Positions 32,954 to 43,322 of a DNA stretch of 53,278 nucleotides are shown here, one piece after another. This DNA comes from Fimbriimonadia bacterium. Lineage in GTDB: Bacteria; Armatimonadota; Fimbriimonadia; Fimbriimonadales; JABRVX01. The notes beneath the pieces were generated by a model. That model was not told the DNA's origin and did no database searches. It worked only from the letters and a program-made list of their open reading frames with translations. Each line of letters begins with the position of its first letter. The first letter of the stretch is position 1. The position numbers were made by a program, and so were the translations under genes. The stretch lies in NCBI GenBank assembly GCA_041483895.1, contig JBGPGO010000021.1, forward strand, positions 1 through 53,278. The letters run 5' to 3'.

Positions 32954-35230
32954 ATGAAAGCCCAGATCGGCGACCAGCGAATAGCCTTTATCGGCACCTA
33001 TCCGCCCCGCCTTTGTGGGATCGCAACCTTCACCCAGGACCTGGCCGATGCCGTCAGCAGTCATTTGGCCTCCCCGGAGAACGCGGTCGTAACTGCCGTC
33101 ACGAATGGCAGCGAAGTGGGCGACTTCGCCAGCCGCGTCAAATTCGTCGTCCAGCAGCACAATCTCAACGACTACAAGCGCGCCGCCGACTTCCTGAACT
33201 TCAGCCGCGTGGATATCGTCTCCCTCCAACACGAATACGGCATCTTCGGCGGCGATTGGGGCGAGTACCTACTGACCCTGCTCCGCGAGCTGCGCGTGCC
33301 CGTGGTCAGCACCTTCCATACCGTTTTGCAGGACCGCCGCCCGGTCCAGTCCCGCGTGTTCGACGCGCTTGTCGACCGCAGCGACAAGATTGTAGTGATG
33401 ACCCACAAAGCCGTCGAGATGATGAAGGGCCACGGCGTTTCCGAGGACAAGCTGGTCTACATCCCGCACGGCATTCCGGACCTGCCCATCGTGGACCCCA
33501 GCTACTATAAGGACCAATTCGAGCTGCAAGGCCGCACTGTCCTCTTCACCTTCGGCCTCATCGGACCGGGGAAGGGGATCGAGACGGCGATCAAGTCGGT
33601 TGCCAAGGTCGCGAAGAAATACCCCGAAGTCTGTTACATGATCCTCGGCGCGACCCATCCGGAGGTCAAGAAGGTGTCCGGCGAGGAGTATCGGCTGGGT
33701 CTCGAGCGTTTGGTGAGCGAGCTGGACATTGAAGACAACGTGGTTTTCTACAACCGCTTCGTGTCGTTCGAGGAGTTGTGCGAGGCGCTGTGCGCCGCCG
33801 ACATCTACTTGACTCCGTATCCGAATCGCGAGCAGATCACGTCGGGAACGCTGGCCTACGCGCTCGGGGCAGGGAAGGCGATCGTTTCCACCCCGTTCTG
33901 GCACGCCGAGGAGCTGCTGGGCGAAGGCCGCGGCCTCCTGACGGAATTCAACGATCCGGACAAGATGGCGGACAAGATCATCGAGCTTTTGGACAATCCG
34001 GTCGAGATGCACGCGATGCGAAAGCGGGCCTATCAGTACAGCCGCAGCATGGTCTGGCGCGAGGTCGGCCGGGAGTACGTGCGCGAGTTTGCGGGCCTTT
34101 TGAGCAATCGGGCGGAGATCCGGCCCCAGCCCGCGAAGGCAACGGCCATCATCGGCAAGAGGAGCCTCGCGGAACCGAATTTGGACCATCTGCGGCGGAT
34201 GACGGACAAGTTCGGACTATTCCAGCATGCGACGTTCTTGGTGCCGGACTATTCGCACGGTTACTGCGTGGACGATAATGCCCGCGCGCTGGTAATCGCC
34301 ACCAAGTATTTCCGCCTCACCAGCCGGCATGAGATTTTGGAACTGCTTGGAACTTATCTGGCCTTCGTCCGATTTTGCCAGAATCCGGACGGGAGCTTCC
34401 GAAACTTCGTCGCGATCGACCGGCGATTCCTGGACGAAATTGGCTCCTCCGACTGCCAAGGCCGCGCGCTGTGGGGGCTCGGACACGCGATTGCCTACGC
34501 ACCGACGGACTATCAGGCGGTGGCGAAGGACTGCTTTGACATGGCGATGTCGGTGGTGCAGGATCTGAACCTGCGCGGGGCGGCGTATGCCATGCTCGGC
34601 ATGTTCCGGTATCTGGACCGATACCCCGGCGCCATTGAGGTGCGGAACGCGCTGCAAATGCTTGCCGATCGAGTTGCGCGTCACTATGAGGTCGCCAAGG
34701 CCGAGGGTTGGGATTGGTATGAACCGATTTTGGCATACGATAACGGTGTGATCCCGCGGTCGCTGTGGCGGGCCAGCCAGGTGTTTGAGGATGAGAAATA
34801 CCTTGAGATCGCGAAGAAGACCACAGATTTTCTGTTCGATATGTGCACACGGGACGGGCATATCAGCCTGGTCGGCTCGAACGGCTGGTATCGGAAGGGC
34901 GATAAGGAAAAGGCCCACTTCGATCAGCAGCCAATCGACGCCTGCGCTCTGGTATCGCTTGCCGCCGCCGCGTACCAGACAACGAAAGAGTCGCGCTATC
35001 TCAAGCTGATGCGGCTATCCTACGACTGGTTCCTGGGCGCGAACGATCTGAACGCTCAATTGATCGATTTTCGGTCGGGCGGCTGCAGCGATGGGCTCAC
35101 TCCGAATGGGCCGAGCGGCAACCAGGGGGCGGAGAGCACCCTTTCCTGCCTGCACGCGAGCATGGTGATGCTGGAACTGCTGCCCGAGGAGTCCGAGCGG
35201 CGCACGGATGAACCGGTCGCAGCCTCGTAA
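32954..35230 (+). CDS. GT4 glycosyltransferase fused to a C-terminal six-hairpin glycosidase-like domain
   Basis: GTYPPRLCGIATFT, QHEYGIFGG, IPHG, GKGIE and QITSGTLAYA; second half has GY.VDDNARAL, FDQQP and NQGAES. Confidence 0.88.
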   Translation: MKAQIGDQRIAFIGTYPPRLCGIATFTQDLADAVSSHLASPENAVVTAVTNGSEVGDFASRVKFVVQQHNLNDYKRAADFLNFSRVDIVSLQHEYGIFGGDWGEYLLTLLRELRVPVVSTFHTVLQDRRPVQSRVFDALVDRSDKIVVMTHKAVEMMKGHGVSEDKLVYIPHGIPDLPIVDPSYYKDQFELQGRTVLFTFGLIGPGKGIETAIKSVAKVAKKYPEVCYMILGATHPEVKKVSGEEYRLGLERLVSELDIEDNVVFYNRFVSFEELCEALCAADIYLTPYPNREQITSGTLAYALGAGKAIVSTPFWHAEELLGEGRGLLTEFNDPDKMADKIIELLDNPVEMHAMRKRAYQYSRSMVWREVGREYVREFAGLLSNRAEIRPQPAKATAIIGKRSLAEPNLDHLRRMTDKFGLFQHATFLVPDYSHGYCVDDNARALVIATKYFRLTSRHEILELLGTYLAFVRFCQNPDGSFRNFVAIDRRFLDEIGSSDCQGRALWGLGHAIAYAPTDYQAVAKDCFDMAMSVVQDLNLRGAAYAMLGMFRYLDRYPGAIEVRNALQMLADRVARHYEVAKAEGWDWYEPILAYDNGVIPRSLWRASQVFEDEKYLEIAKKTTDFLFDMCTRDGHISLVGSNGWYRKGDKEKAHFDQQPIDACALVSLAAAAYQTTKESRYLKLMRLSYDWFLGANDLNAQLIDFRSGGCSDGLTPNGPSGNQGAESTLSCLHASMVMLELLPEESERRTDEPVAAS

Positions 35231-35259
35231 ATATCCATAAACCAGCAATCTTTTCCGCT
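35160..35259 (+). repeat. 100-bp direct repeat, copy A (GT 3' end plus downstream bases)
   Basis: Matches 36327-36426 with 6 mismatches by my manual alignment. Confidence 0.9.
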
Positions 35260-35289
35260 GTCAGATATGCTTTAAGCGATAATAATGTG
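35242..35289 (+). promoter_or_regulatory. 48-bp array leader (candidate promoter), repeated at 38457-38504
   Basis: ccagcaatcttttccgctgtcagatatgctttaagcgataataatgtg; 41/48 identical to the second copy; CTG(T/A)CA...ATAAT boxes. Confidence 0.6.
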
Positions 35290-35334
35290 TTATCCGGTCC
35301 AGAAGGCCGGGATGCCCGCTGAAAGGATTGGAAA

Positions 35335-36252
35335 ATGAGGAAACTGTTAGTTAGCGTGCTCACTCTATGTACCGCGGTACTGGCGGTCGCCGAAACGGAC
35401 ACCGGAATCGTCTATGGCTATGACAACGACATTTTCATTTTGCATCAAAATACCGTCCGTGGGATTCTCGACTTGTGGGTCGCTGGATCCCCAACCGGCT
35501 TCATTCTCGGTCACTTCTCCTTTACGGAGGACCCGCTCCTCGGCGGGAAGATCGTTTTTACGGCTACGAAGGGTATCTCCTTTAAGGGATACAAAGATCG
35601 GTTCTTCGGTAATGTAGCCGACATGTGGTTGGAGGGCCTGTTTGACAGCCAGGTCGGTTATGGGCGCCCGATGATCGCAAGGTGTTGCCTTACTGATCCG
35701 TTGAGGGATGCCCAGAATTATTTCGCGATCGAAATTTTTGATCCTCGTGACCTGAGCAAACCGGTCTACACTCGAGTTGGCCTCGCCACCAATACAACAC
35801 ATGTCCTCATCAAGAATGATGCCGGCGGGCTCGCGGACGGGCAGGGTTGGAGCGATGTCGGCCTAGCAACCAGCAAGGGGTTCGACGGTGGCTACTGGGG
35901 GATCGAAAACGTCACGGCATCCTTCAGAGCGTACTCTAACGGCCTGTTTAGTTTCGAGCTGGAAACATCGAGAAAAGTCGGTTTGGTCGGTAAACGATTG
36001 AGGTCCTTCCATTGCACCAACAACACGATCCTCGGGAAAGCTGCGGAATTCTGGTTTGATGCGTGCATCGGATCGAGTGTGAAAACGGCGTACACCCCAG
36101 TGGTCGTACGTGTTATGGTAACACAAGCTAGCCTTACGATAAACCACGACTTCATGTATGTTGCGGTCTACGATCGCACAGACCTGACAAAGCCTATTTT
36201 TGAGCGCCTATACCTCAGCGGATACGGGCGGAACAAGATCCTTTGCAAGTGA
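35335..36252 (+). CDS. Secreted CK-terminal array paralog P1
   Basis: Signal peptide, two-fold internal repeat, ends GRNKILCK. Confidence 0.9.
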   Translation: MRKLLVSVLTLCTAVLAVAETDTGIVYGYDNDIFILHQNTVRGILDLWVAGSPTGFILGHFSFTEDPLLGGKIVFTATKGISFKGYKDRFFGNVADMWLEGLFDSQVGYGRPMIARCCLTDPLRDAQNYFAIEIFDPRDLSKPVYTRVGLATNTTHVLIKNDAGGLADGQGWSDVGLATSKGFDGGYWGIENVTASFRAYSNGLFSFELETSRKVGLVGKRLRSFHCTNNTILGKAAEFWFDACIGSSVKTAYTPVVVRVMVTQASLTINHDFMYVAVYDRTDLTKPIFERLYLSGYGRNKILCK

Positions 36253-36326
36253 CAATGCCGCTAATTTGTAGATTCATTGCCGCAGGAGCAGGGCTGGCTC
36301 TTTCCGTGCCAATTGCTTTCCCGCCG

Positions 36327-36426
36327 GCATGGTGATGCTGGAACTGCTGCCCGAGGAGTCCGAACGGCGCACGGATGAGCCGATAGCGGCCTCGTAAATA
36401 TCCTTAAACCAGCAATCTTTTCCGCT
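36327..36426 (+). repeat. 100-bp direct repeat, copy B (stranded GT 3' end)
   Basis: Encodes MVMLELLPEESERRTDEPIAAS* versus ...PVAAS* in the GT. Confidence 0.9.
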
Positions 36427-36551
36427 CCGAATCTTGCTGTTCGCTGTTATACTGATGACACTATTGACGGGGCCGGCAATCTGCTTGGTCGGCGCCTTCA
36501 TCTTTGGTGTTCGTGCCTTTCGGCGCAATGATAGAAGGGGGACAGTTGACA

Positions 36552-37463
36552 ATGCGTGGACATTTCTTAACGACTCTACTCGCCTTTGCCGGTATATCGG
36601 CAGCACAAGCGGCCAGCAATCTGGGCCTCGCTTACGGCGTGGACGCAAATATGGAGACAAACAAACACGTCACCGCCGGAGTCGATCTTTGGGTGGCCGG
36701 AACTGCATCTGGGATTTTCCTCGATCACTTTGTGTATGGCGAAGTGGGTGGCCAGTATCTTACATTTACCGCTGCACGCGGCATCTCATTCAGCTGCTAT
36801 CAATGGCCGTTCTTTGGCCTGACGGCGGAGATATGGATGGACGGTACGTTTGGTCCAACGACGACCGGAGGTCCGCCGGTGGTTGCGCGATACCGATATT
36901 CCGATCCAGCCGGAAGTTCATTGCAGTTCAGCTACTTTACGATGGACATCTATGATTGGCGCGATTTGACGCATCCAATTTACTCTCGATTTGGGATTGC
37001 CAACGATAAGACTCACATTTTGTGTTCGGGCGATCCGGGACCAATATCCGGTGGAAACGGCGTGAGCTCCATGGGGCTTGCCTACGCGAATCTGTTCGTT
37101 GGCATCAGCAATCGCAATGCAAAAGGATATGCGAACTATCGCGTCTATTCAAACGGCATCATAGATTTCACCTATAGCTCAGAGGCCTTCGTTTTCATGG
37201 CCACACGTCTTCGATCCTTTCAATGCACGAATACGGGTCTTGTCGGCAAGCAGGCAGACTTTTGGATGGACGGCTACAGCGGAGTCGCCGCAGCATGTGC
37301 CCGCACCCCCGCGGTCGCGCACGTAGTTGTTACGCAGTCGTCCGGAGACCCTGGAATCGATCTTGTATTCATAGCGGTCTTTGACCCTCACAATTTGACG
37401 ACACCGGTATACACGCGGCTTCTGTTCGGAAACGGGGGACAGAATCACATTTTGTGCAAGTGA
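36552..37463 (+). CDS. Secreted CK-terminal array paralog P2
   Basis: ATG 36552, signal peptide, ends GQNHILCK; extra Cys pair in repeat 1. Confidence 0.9.
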   Translation: MRGHFLTTLLAFAGISAAQAASNLGLAYGVDANMETNKHVTAGVDLWVAGTASGIFLDHFVYGEVGGQYLTFTAARGISFSCYQWPFFGLTAEIWMDGTFGPTTTGGPPVVARYRYSDPAGSSLQFSYFTMDIYDWRDLTHPIYSRFGIANDKTHILCSGDPGPISGGNGVSSMGLAYANLFVGISNRNAKGYANYRVYSNGIIDFTYSSEAFVFMATRLRSFQCTNTGLVGKQADFWMDGYSGVAAACARTPAVAHVVVTQSSGDPGIDLVFIAVFDPHNLTTPVYTRLLFGNGGQNHILCK

Positions 37464-37499
37464 GTTTGCGATTCGAAATACTTATGAAGAGGAGCGGCC

Positions 37500-38429
37500 A
37501 TGAAAATCCTTAGTCGCAGTTGTTGGACGACATTGTTGTTCATTGCAGCATCACTTAGTTTCGCTGAGACACAATCAGGGATCGTGTTCGGCGGGGAGAA
37601 CGAGGGCGTTACCAATCGAGGAGGCGCGCAATTTCATCTCTGGGTTGCGGGCACCGAATCCGGCCCATTGCTGGGATTTCTCAACTACGTATCATTTCCC
37701 AAACCGGGCGGAGGAGGCAACGTGCTCTATTTCACTGCTTACCGCCTTCGCTCATTCAGGGGCTACGAAAGTATGCTGTTCGGCAAAGTTGCCGACATAT
37801 GGGCCGAGGGTCTCGCTGGTCCGGATCCTGGAATGGGCAAGCCGGCGGTTCTGCACTTTCGAGTGACCGACAGCGCGAAATTTACCGGACGGCTGGCGTA
37901 CTTTACCGCCGACATCTTTGACGCGAACAGCCTCAACAAGCCGACCATCAGCGAAGTCGGGTACGACAACAACCATGTCCGAGTCATCATTGCGGACGGT
38001 ACGGGACCCGAGGCTGGCGGCCAGTTGGGAAGCGACAATGGGCTTGCATATTCGAATACGTTTGGCGGCATCACGAACCGGAAAGAGAAAGTCACCGCTG
38101 AATTTTGGGTAGCGTCCAATGGCGTGATGCGATTCGCTTTGCTCGATCCCCATATCGGACTTGTGGGTACTCGCCTGAAGTCGTTCCATTGCGCGAACAA
38201 TACGTTTCTTGGGAAAGCGGCCGAATTCTGGATGGATGGGTACATGGGACCAAACACGAAAAACGCACACACACCTGTAGTTGCGCAGGTCCTTGTCACC
38301 GACTCGAGTGCAGACTATGGCCTTGAATTCATGCTCTATTCCATCTACGATCCTTCCAATCTGACGACGCCGACGTATCAACGGCTGGTCGTGCGTAACA
38401 ACGGCGACACGAAAATCCTGTGCAAATAG
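37500..38429 (+). CDS. Secreted CK-terminal array paralog P3
   Basis: GAGGAG RBS, signal peptide, ends GDTKILCK. Confidence 0.9.
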   Translation: MKILSRSCWTTLLFIAASLSFAETQSGIVFGGENEGVTNRGGAQFHLWVAGTESGPLLGFLNYVSFPKPGGGGNVLYFTAYRLRSFRGYESMLFGKVADIWAEGLAGPDPGMGKPAVLHFRVTDSAKFTGRLAYFTADIFDANSLNKPTISEVGYDNNHVRVIIADGTGPEAGGQLGSDNGLAYSNTFGGITNRKEKVTAEFWVASNGVMRFALLDPHIGLVGTRLKSFHCANNTFLGKAAEFWMDGYMGPNTKNAHTPVVAQVLVTDSSADYGLEFMLYSIYDPSNLTTPTYQRLVVRNNGDTKILCK

Positions 38430-38431
38430 AT

Positions 38432-38504
38432 TCTGTCAGCCTCGCAATTATGCAATCCGGCATTCTTTGGGGCTGACAGATATGCTTTTAGCGATAATAA
38501 TGTG
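38432..38504 (+). promoter_or_regulatory. Second leader copy (38457-38504) overlapped by a 10-bp inverted repeat
   Basis: tctgtcagcc (38432-38441) / ggctgacaga (38471-38480); leader homologous to 35242-35289. Confidence 0.6.
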
Positions 38505-38538
38505 ATCCCTGATACCAGGGGCGAAAGGGAGGAATCTG

Positions 38539-39444
38539 ATGTTGAAGCAATTGCCGATTTTGGTTGCTTGCTTCGCGTTCGCGCAGATCGCGTGGTCCGA
38601 CACGAATGTAGGACTCGTCTACGGCTCCGACACCTCGATGAGGACGGATCACGGCACTTCGGCTGTCGTTCAGGTATGGATTGCTGGGACGGAAGCAGGA
38701 CCGCTCTTAGACCACTTCCAATATATCGACGACACGACGAAGCAACCGTCATGGCAGTTTGTCGCGTCGCGCGCCAGATCATTCAAAGGATACATCGAGC
38801 CGTTTTTCGGCAAGGTGGCGGACTTTTGGTTGGACGGCCTCCAGGAAAGCTATCCCGGCCAGTCTGGTCGGCCGATGGTCGCCCATGTTGTTATGACGGA
38901 CCCATCCGCGGGCACTGAGCAGCAGATCGGATTCTTTCTCATTGAAATCTTCGATGCAAGAAACTTGAATACTCCCACGGAACGCGTGTTGGCGAACACG
39001 AACGACCGCACTCATGTTCTCATCTCGGACGACGCCGGAGGTATGCTCGGCGCGACTGTTAGCGACACGGGCTTAGCGTACAGCAACGACTTCTTTGGGT
39101 ACACGACTCGGTACGAGATGACCGGCGCCGAATACAATGTTTCATCCAATGGACTTGCAAACTTTGTGTACGAATCAAAGGGGATTGTATTCCGTAGCGC
39201 CCGTCTCAAGTCCTTCCATTGCACGAACACGGGCTTCGTGGGGAAAGAAGCAGACTTCTGGCTGCGAGGTTACTTGGGCGCTAAGAATCTCACACTCGCC
39301 AATGCCCATGTGATCGTGACGCAGAGCAACGCAGGGTTTGAGTTTCTGTATATTGCCCTGTACGATCCGGTGCATCCGGGGGCGCCGACATACGAGCGGC
39401 TGGTAATCCGCTCCACTGGCGGCAATCATATACTTTGCAAGTAG
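38539..39444 (+). CDS. Secreted CK-terminal array paralog P4
   Basis: GGGAGG RBS, signal peptide, ends GGNHILCK. Confidence 0.9.
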   Translation: MLKQLPILVACFAFAQIAWSDTNVGLVYGSDTSMRTDHGTSAVVQVWIAGTEAGPLLDHFQYIDDTTKQPSWQFVASRARSFKGYIEPFFGKVADFWLDGLQESYPGQSGRPMVAHVVMTDPSAGTEQQIGFFLIEIFDARNLNTPTERVLANTNDRTHVLISDDAGGMLGATVSDTGLAYSNDFFGYTTRYEMTGAEYNVSSNGLANFVYESKGIVFRSARLKSFHCTNTGFVGKEADFWLRGYLGAKNLTLANAHVIVTQSNAGFEFLYIALYDPVHPGAPTYERLVIRSTGGNHILCK

Positions 39445-39466
39445 TTATCAAAGAAAGGAATTTCTC

Positions 39467-40399
39467 ATGAAAAGATTTTTTTGGAGCATGTTCGTATTCT
39501 CTGCAGCGCTGGCTGCGTGTTGGTCAGAGACGGATACTGGGATCGCTTATGGCATGGATCCCGGGATTTTCACGACTCAAGCCTCATTCTCCCTGATCGA
39601 TCTATGGGTCGCAGGTTCTCCGGAGGGAGTGTTCTTAGATCATTTCCTTTTTACAGACCGTAAATTCGGCAAAGGCCCTGTGGTGTTTACCGCGACGAGA
39701 GGACTTTCGTTCAAGTGCTATACGGAGCCGTTTTTTGGCACGGTGGCCGACATCTGGCTGGAAGGTCTCTTCGGCAACAGTGTCGGTGGAGGTGGCCGAC
39801 CGGTGATCGCGCACTATCGCATGACCGATCCGGCGGGTCGCTCGAGGCAATATAACTATTACACGATTGATATCTATTTGCCTGATAATCTGACTACTCC
39901 CATTTTCAGTCGAATTGGTGTCGGACGAGACTTAACCAGCGTTCTGTGCCATGATCCAGGAGCGGTTGCCGGTGGTCAAGGCGTGAGCAGCGTCGGTTTG
40001 GCATACAGCCCGAAATATCGCGGTGAAACGCTTTATGAGGTAATGAGTGCTGAGTACAGGGTGTATTCCAACGGAATCCTGAAGTTTCTATTTTCCGCAT
40101 CGAATGGGGGTATAGATGACATTTTGGGTGTAGTAGGAAGCCGATTGCGTTCTTTTGAGTGTACCAACAACGGTTTCTTCGGCAAGCAAGCCGAATTCTG
40201 GATGGACGCATACGTGGGTTCGACACTCAAAACCGCTTATACACCGGTTGTTGCCCGCGTAATCGTTACCGCATCGTTGTTTCCACACGGTGTGGAATTC
40301 ATGTACATTGCGTTGTACGATCGGCGGGATTTAACGAGTCCGATCTACGAGCGATTGTGGATCGGCGGATCTGGTCAGAACCACATCCTATGCAAATGA
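39467..40399 (+). CDS. Secreted CK-terminal array paralog P5
   Basis: Signal peptide, ends GQNHILCK; extra Cys pair in repeat 1. Confidence 0.9.
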   Translation: MKRFFWSMFVFSAALAACWSETDTGIAYGMDPGIFTTQASFSLIDLWVAGSPEGVFLDHFLFTDRKFGKGPVVFTATRGLSFKCYTEPFFGTVADIWLEGLFGNSVGGGGRPVIAHYRMTDPAGRSRQYNYYTIDIYLPDNLTTPIFSRIGVGRDLTSVLCHDPGAVAGGQGVSSVGLAYSPKYRGETLYEVMSAEYRVYSNGILKFLFSASNGGIDDILGVVGSRLRSFECTNNGFFGKQAEFWMDAYVGSTLKTAYTPVVARVIVTASLFPHGVEFMYIALYDRRDLTSPIYERLWIGGSGQNHILCK

Positions 40400-40451
40400 T
40401 TTCGCGAAAAGGGTTTCGGTAAATTGACAAGATGAATGGGAGGAAAAGAAC

Positions 40452-41372
40452 ATGTATCGAACAATGATTAGCTTGCTCGCATTGTGCTTCTTTTGCGGAG
40501 TTGCCAGTGCAGAGACGGACATCGGTGTCGTTTATGGAGAAGACGATAGCATACAGACAGACCATGCCACCGACGCGTTCATTGCTCTTTGGGTTGCGGG
40601 GACGGCTTCTGGACCGATGTTTGGCCACTTCATATATGCGGACGGGACACTGCTCCACGGCTTTTCACAGTTTGTGGGGACCAGAGAGCTTTCGTTCAAG
40701 GGTTACATCGTGCCAATTTTCGGCAAAGTTGCCGATATATGGCTGGAGGGATATTTCGGTCCTCACAAGGCAAACTCCGGTCGACCAACGATTGGCCATT
40801 TCCGAATCAGTCATTCTGAATCGCTTCCGCGCTCGATTGTCACGGTGGATCTCTATGATGCAAACAACCTAGCAGCGCCGTTCCTGACGAGAGTGGCTGT
40901 AGCTAACAACAAAACAGCGGTCCTGATCAGCGACGACGCGGGCGGACCAAAAGGTGCGTCGTCGAGCAACACGGGTCTAGCGTACTGCAAGGAGTTTGAT
41001 GTCACGACAATGCAAGGAGAAGGTGTCTGCTCCAACTACCGCGTCTATTCGAACGGCTTCGTAGATTACCAGTTCTTTGGCTACCCTTTCTATTTCCGAG
41101 GCAGCCGCCTACGGTCCTTCCAATGCTCGAACGACGGGTTCCTCGGCAAGTACGCGGAGTTTTGGGTGGACGGTTACGCTGGCAGCACTGATTTCGCTGG
41201 AAGTAAGGCATATACGCCCGGCGTCGCCCATGTATTGGTCACACAGGCGAGCAGCGGATCGGGCTTTGAATACTTCTATATTGCCGTGTTCGATCCTCAT
41301 GACTTGACGAAACCGGTTTATCAGCGTTTTGGCGTCGGTCGTGCCGGTCAAAACCGCATTCTTTGTAAGTAG
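40452..41372 (+). CDS. Secreted CK-terminal array paralog P6
   Basis: Signal peptide, ends GQNRILCK. Confidence 0.9.
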   Translation: MYRTMISLLALCFFCGVASAETDIGVVYGEDDSIQTDHATDAFIALWVAGTASGPMFGHFIYADGTLLHGFSQFVGTRELSFKGYIVPIFGKVADIWLEGYFGPHKANSGRPTIGHFRISHSESLPRSIVTVDLYDANNLAAPFLTRVAVANNKTAVLISDDAGGPKGASSSNTGLAYCKEFDVTTMQGEGVCSNYRVYSNGFVDYQFFGYPFYFRGSRLRSFQCSNDGFLGKYAEFWVDGYAGSTDFAGSKAYTPGVAHVLVTQASSGSGFEYFYIAVFDPHDLTKPVYQRFGVGRAGQNRILCK

Positions 41373-41415
41373 CTATCGTACGCTACAGTTTGTTCAGAAT
41401 TGAAAGGAGATAGAT

Positions 41416-42336
41416 ATGACGCGATTTCTGATGATCGTTCTATCATCATTCGCGGCGCTTGGCATTTGCACGGCCGAGACAGACACAGGCATTGTCTATG
41501 GCAGCGATGACAACATGCCCACCGAACTGGGCAGAGATGCCGAGATTGCTGTCTGGCTGGCCAATGGACCGTCAGGACCCTTGCTCACGTTATGCAACTA
41601 CTATGATCCCTCGGTCCCTGGCAATCTGGTCTACAACCTGTTTGCCGGGTCGCGGCTTGTTTCATTCAAGGGCTATATCGAACCGTTTTTCGGCAAGGTA
41701 GCGGATTTCTGGGTGGAAGGGTATTTCGGTCCGGAAAAGCAGGGACCCGGCCGGCCGACGCTCGCTCATTTCCGGCTCAATCGATGGGACGGTATTACCC
41801 TGGTCCGAACATTTATGATCGTTGATCTGTACCAACCCGGCAGCGCAACCCCATTCGTTCACCGGCTGGTCGGCTGCCATAACGTCGTTCGGGTTGTCAT
41901 TTCAGACGATGCCGGGCCGAAAGAGGGAAGTTCGGGCGTGAGCAACAATGGCCTCGCCTATTCTCTGGGATTCCAGGGCATGACCAATCGGCAAGAGCCG
42001 GCGCTTTCAGCTTATACCGTCGCCTCGTCGAACTTCACCCGATTCGAGTATGCGGACACAAACATCTCCTATCGCGGATCTCGAATGAGATCGTTCCAAT
42101 GCCAGAATGATACGTTGGTCGGAAAGGCCGCCGATTTTTGGCTCGACGGACACTTTGGGACCGGCAAGAATCCACTTACACCTTGTGTCGCGCACATTAT
42201 CGTAACGGATAAGGCGTCACCCAACGGCTTCCAGTTTCTGTATATCGCTCTCTACGATCCGAGGAACCTATCCAGTCCGTTTTATGAAAGACTGGTCTTA
42301 CGGAACAAGGGAGCGAATCACATCATTTGCAAGTGA
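41416..42336 (+). CDS. Secreted CK-terminal array paralog P7
   Basis: AAGGAG RBS, signal peptide, ends GANHIICK. Confidence 0.9.
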   Translation: MTRFLMIVLSSFAALGICTAETDTGIVYGSDDNMPTELGRDAEIAVWLANGPSGPLLTLCNYYDPSVPGNLVYNLFAGSRLVSFKGYIEPFFGKVADFWVEGYFGPEKQGPGRPTLAHFRLNRWDGITLVRTFMIVDLYQPGSATPFVHRLVGCHNVVRVVISDDAGPKEGSSGVSNNGLAYSLGFQGMTNRQEPALSAYTVASSNFTRFEYADTNISYRGSRMRSFQCQNDTLVGKAADFWLDGHFGTGKNPLTPCVAHIIVTDKASPNGFQFLYIALYDPRNLSSPFYERLVLRNKGANHIICK

Positions 42337-42355
42337 CGGAAGGGTAGGTATTGAA

Positions 42356-43270
42356 ATGAGAAGATTGTGTTTGATGATATTGTTCGCCCTTTCGGCAGGG
42401 TTGGCGTTTGCCGAAACGAACGTCGGCATTGTATATGGCAGTGATGGTGATATTATCTTCACCGATCACCAGACATTGGAAGAACTTGATCTGTTTGTCG
42501 CCGCGACAGAATCGGGTCTGTTCTTCGATCACTTCCGGTTCTACGACCACAACAATTTTGTCAGAACCTACTTTACCGGCTCTCGGTTGATTTCCTTCAA
42601 GGGTTACATACTGCCGTTTTTTGGAAAAGTGGCGGATATTTGGCTAGAGGGCTACTTCGGAAACCAGCCGAATGGGGGACGACCCACGATCGCGCATTTT
42701 CGCATTACCGACCCCGTGGGTTTCGGAGTCCAATACAGTTTCCTGACGATGGATATCTACCTTCCAGGTGATCTAAAGTCGCCGATTTTCAGCCGTGTCG
42801 CCGTTGGATATGACTACACGCATGTGCTGATTGCCGACGATGCGGGACCGCCCGAAACGAGTCCAGGTTTCAGCTCCAACGGCATGGCCTACAGCAAACT
42901 GTATTTGGGAACAACGAATCGGCGAGAGCCCGCCGCCGCGGTATATCGCGTGGCGTCGAACGGACTGATTGATTTCTCTTATGGTGCGCCCAACACAGCC
43001 ATTCAATCTGTGCGATTGCGGTCTTTCAAGTGCACCAACGCGAGCATTGTTGGTAAGGAGGCGGAAATCTGGTTCGATGCGCGATTCGGACCGAACGGCG
43101 ACAACATGTGGACGCCGCGCATCGTCCGGCTGATTGTCACGCAGTCCGCATCATCGACCGGTCTGGAGTTCATGTATATCGAAGTGTACGATCCGGGAAA
43201 TCTGTTGACGCCGGTGTATCAACGTCTGATTTTTGGAAAGTCGGGCCAAAATCATATCTTGTGCAAGTAG
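42356..43270 (+). CDS. Secreted CK-terminal array paralog P8
   Basis: ATG 42356 (MRRLCLMIL), ends GQNHILCK. Confidence 0.9.
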   Translation: MRRLCLMILFALSAGLAFAETNVGIVYGSDGDIIFTDHQTLEELDLFVAATESGLFFDHFRFYDHNNFVRTYFTGSRLISFKGYILPFFGKVADIWLEGYFGNQPNGGRPTIAHFRITDPVGFGVQYSFLTMDIYLPGDLKSPIFSRVAVGYDYTHVLIADDAGPPETSPGFSSNGMAYSKLYLGTTNRREPAAAVYRVASNGLIDFSYGAPNTAIQSVRLRSFKCTNASIVGKEAEIWFDARFGPNGDNMWTPRIVRLIVTQSASSTGLEFMYIEVYDPGNLLTPVYQRLIFGKSGQNHILCK

Positions 43271-43322
43271 CTCGAACCGTGAGAATATTTCTCATTGGAT
43301 AGATAGAAAGGTCACTGTCATA

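Noticed and set aside
36240..36252. Terminal CK as a prenylation or sorting signal
   Set aside because: It is not a CaaX motif and has no TM tail; Cys co-variation in repeat 1 favours a disulfide.
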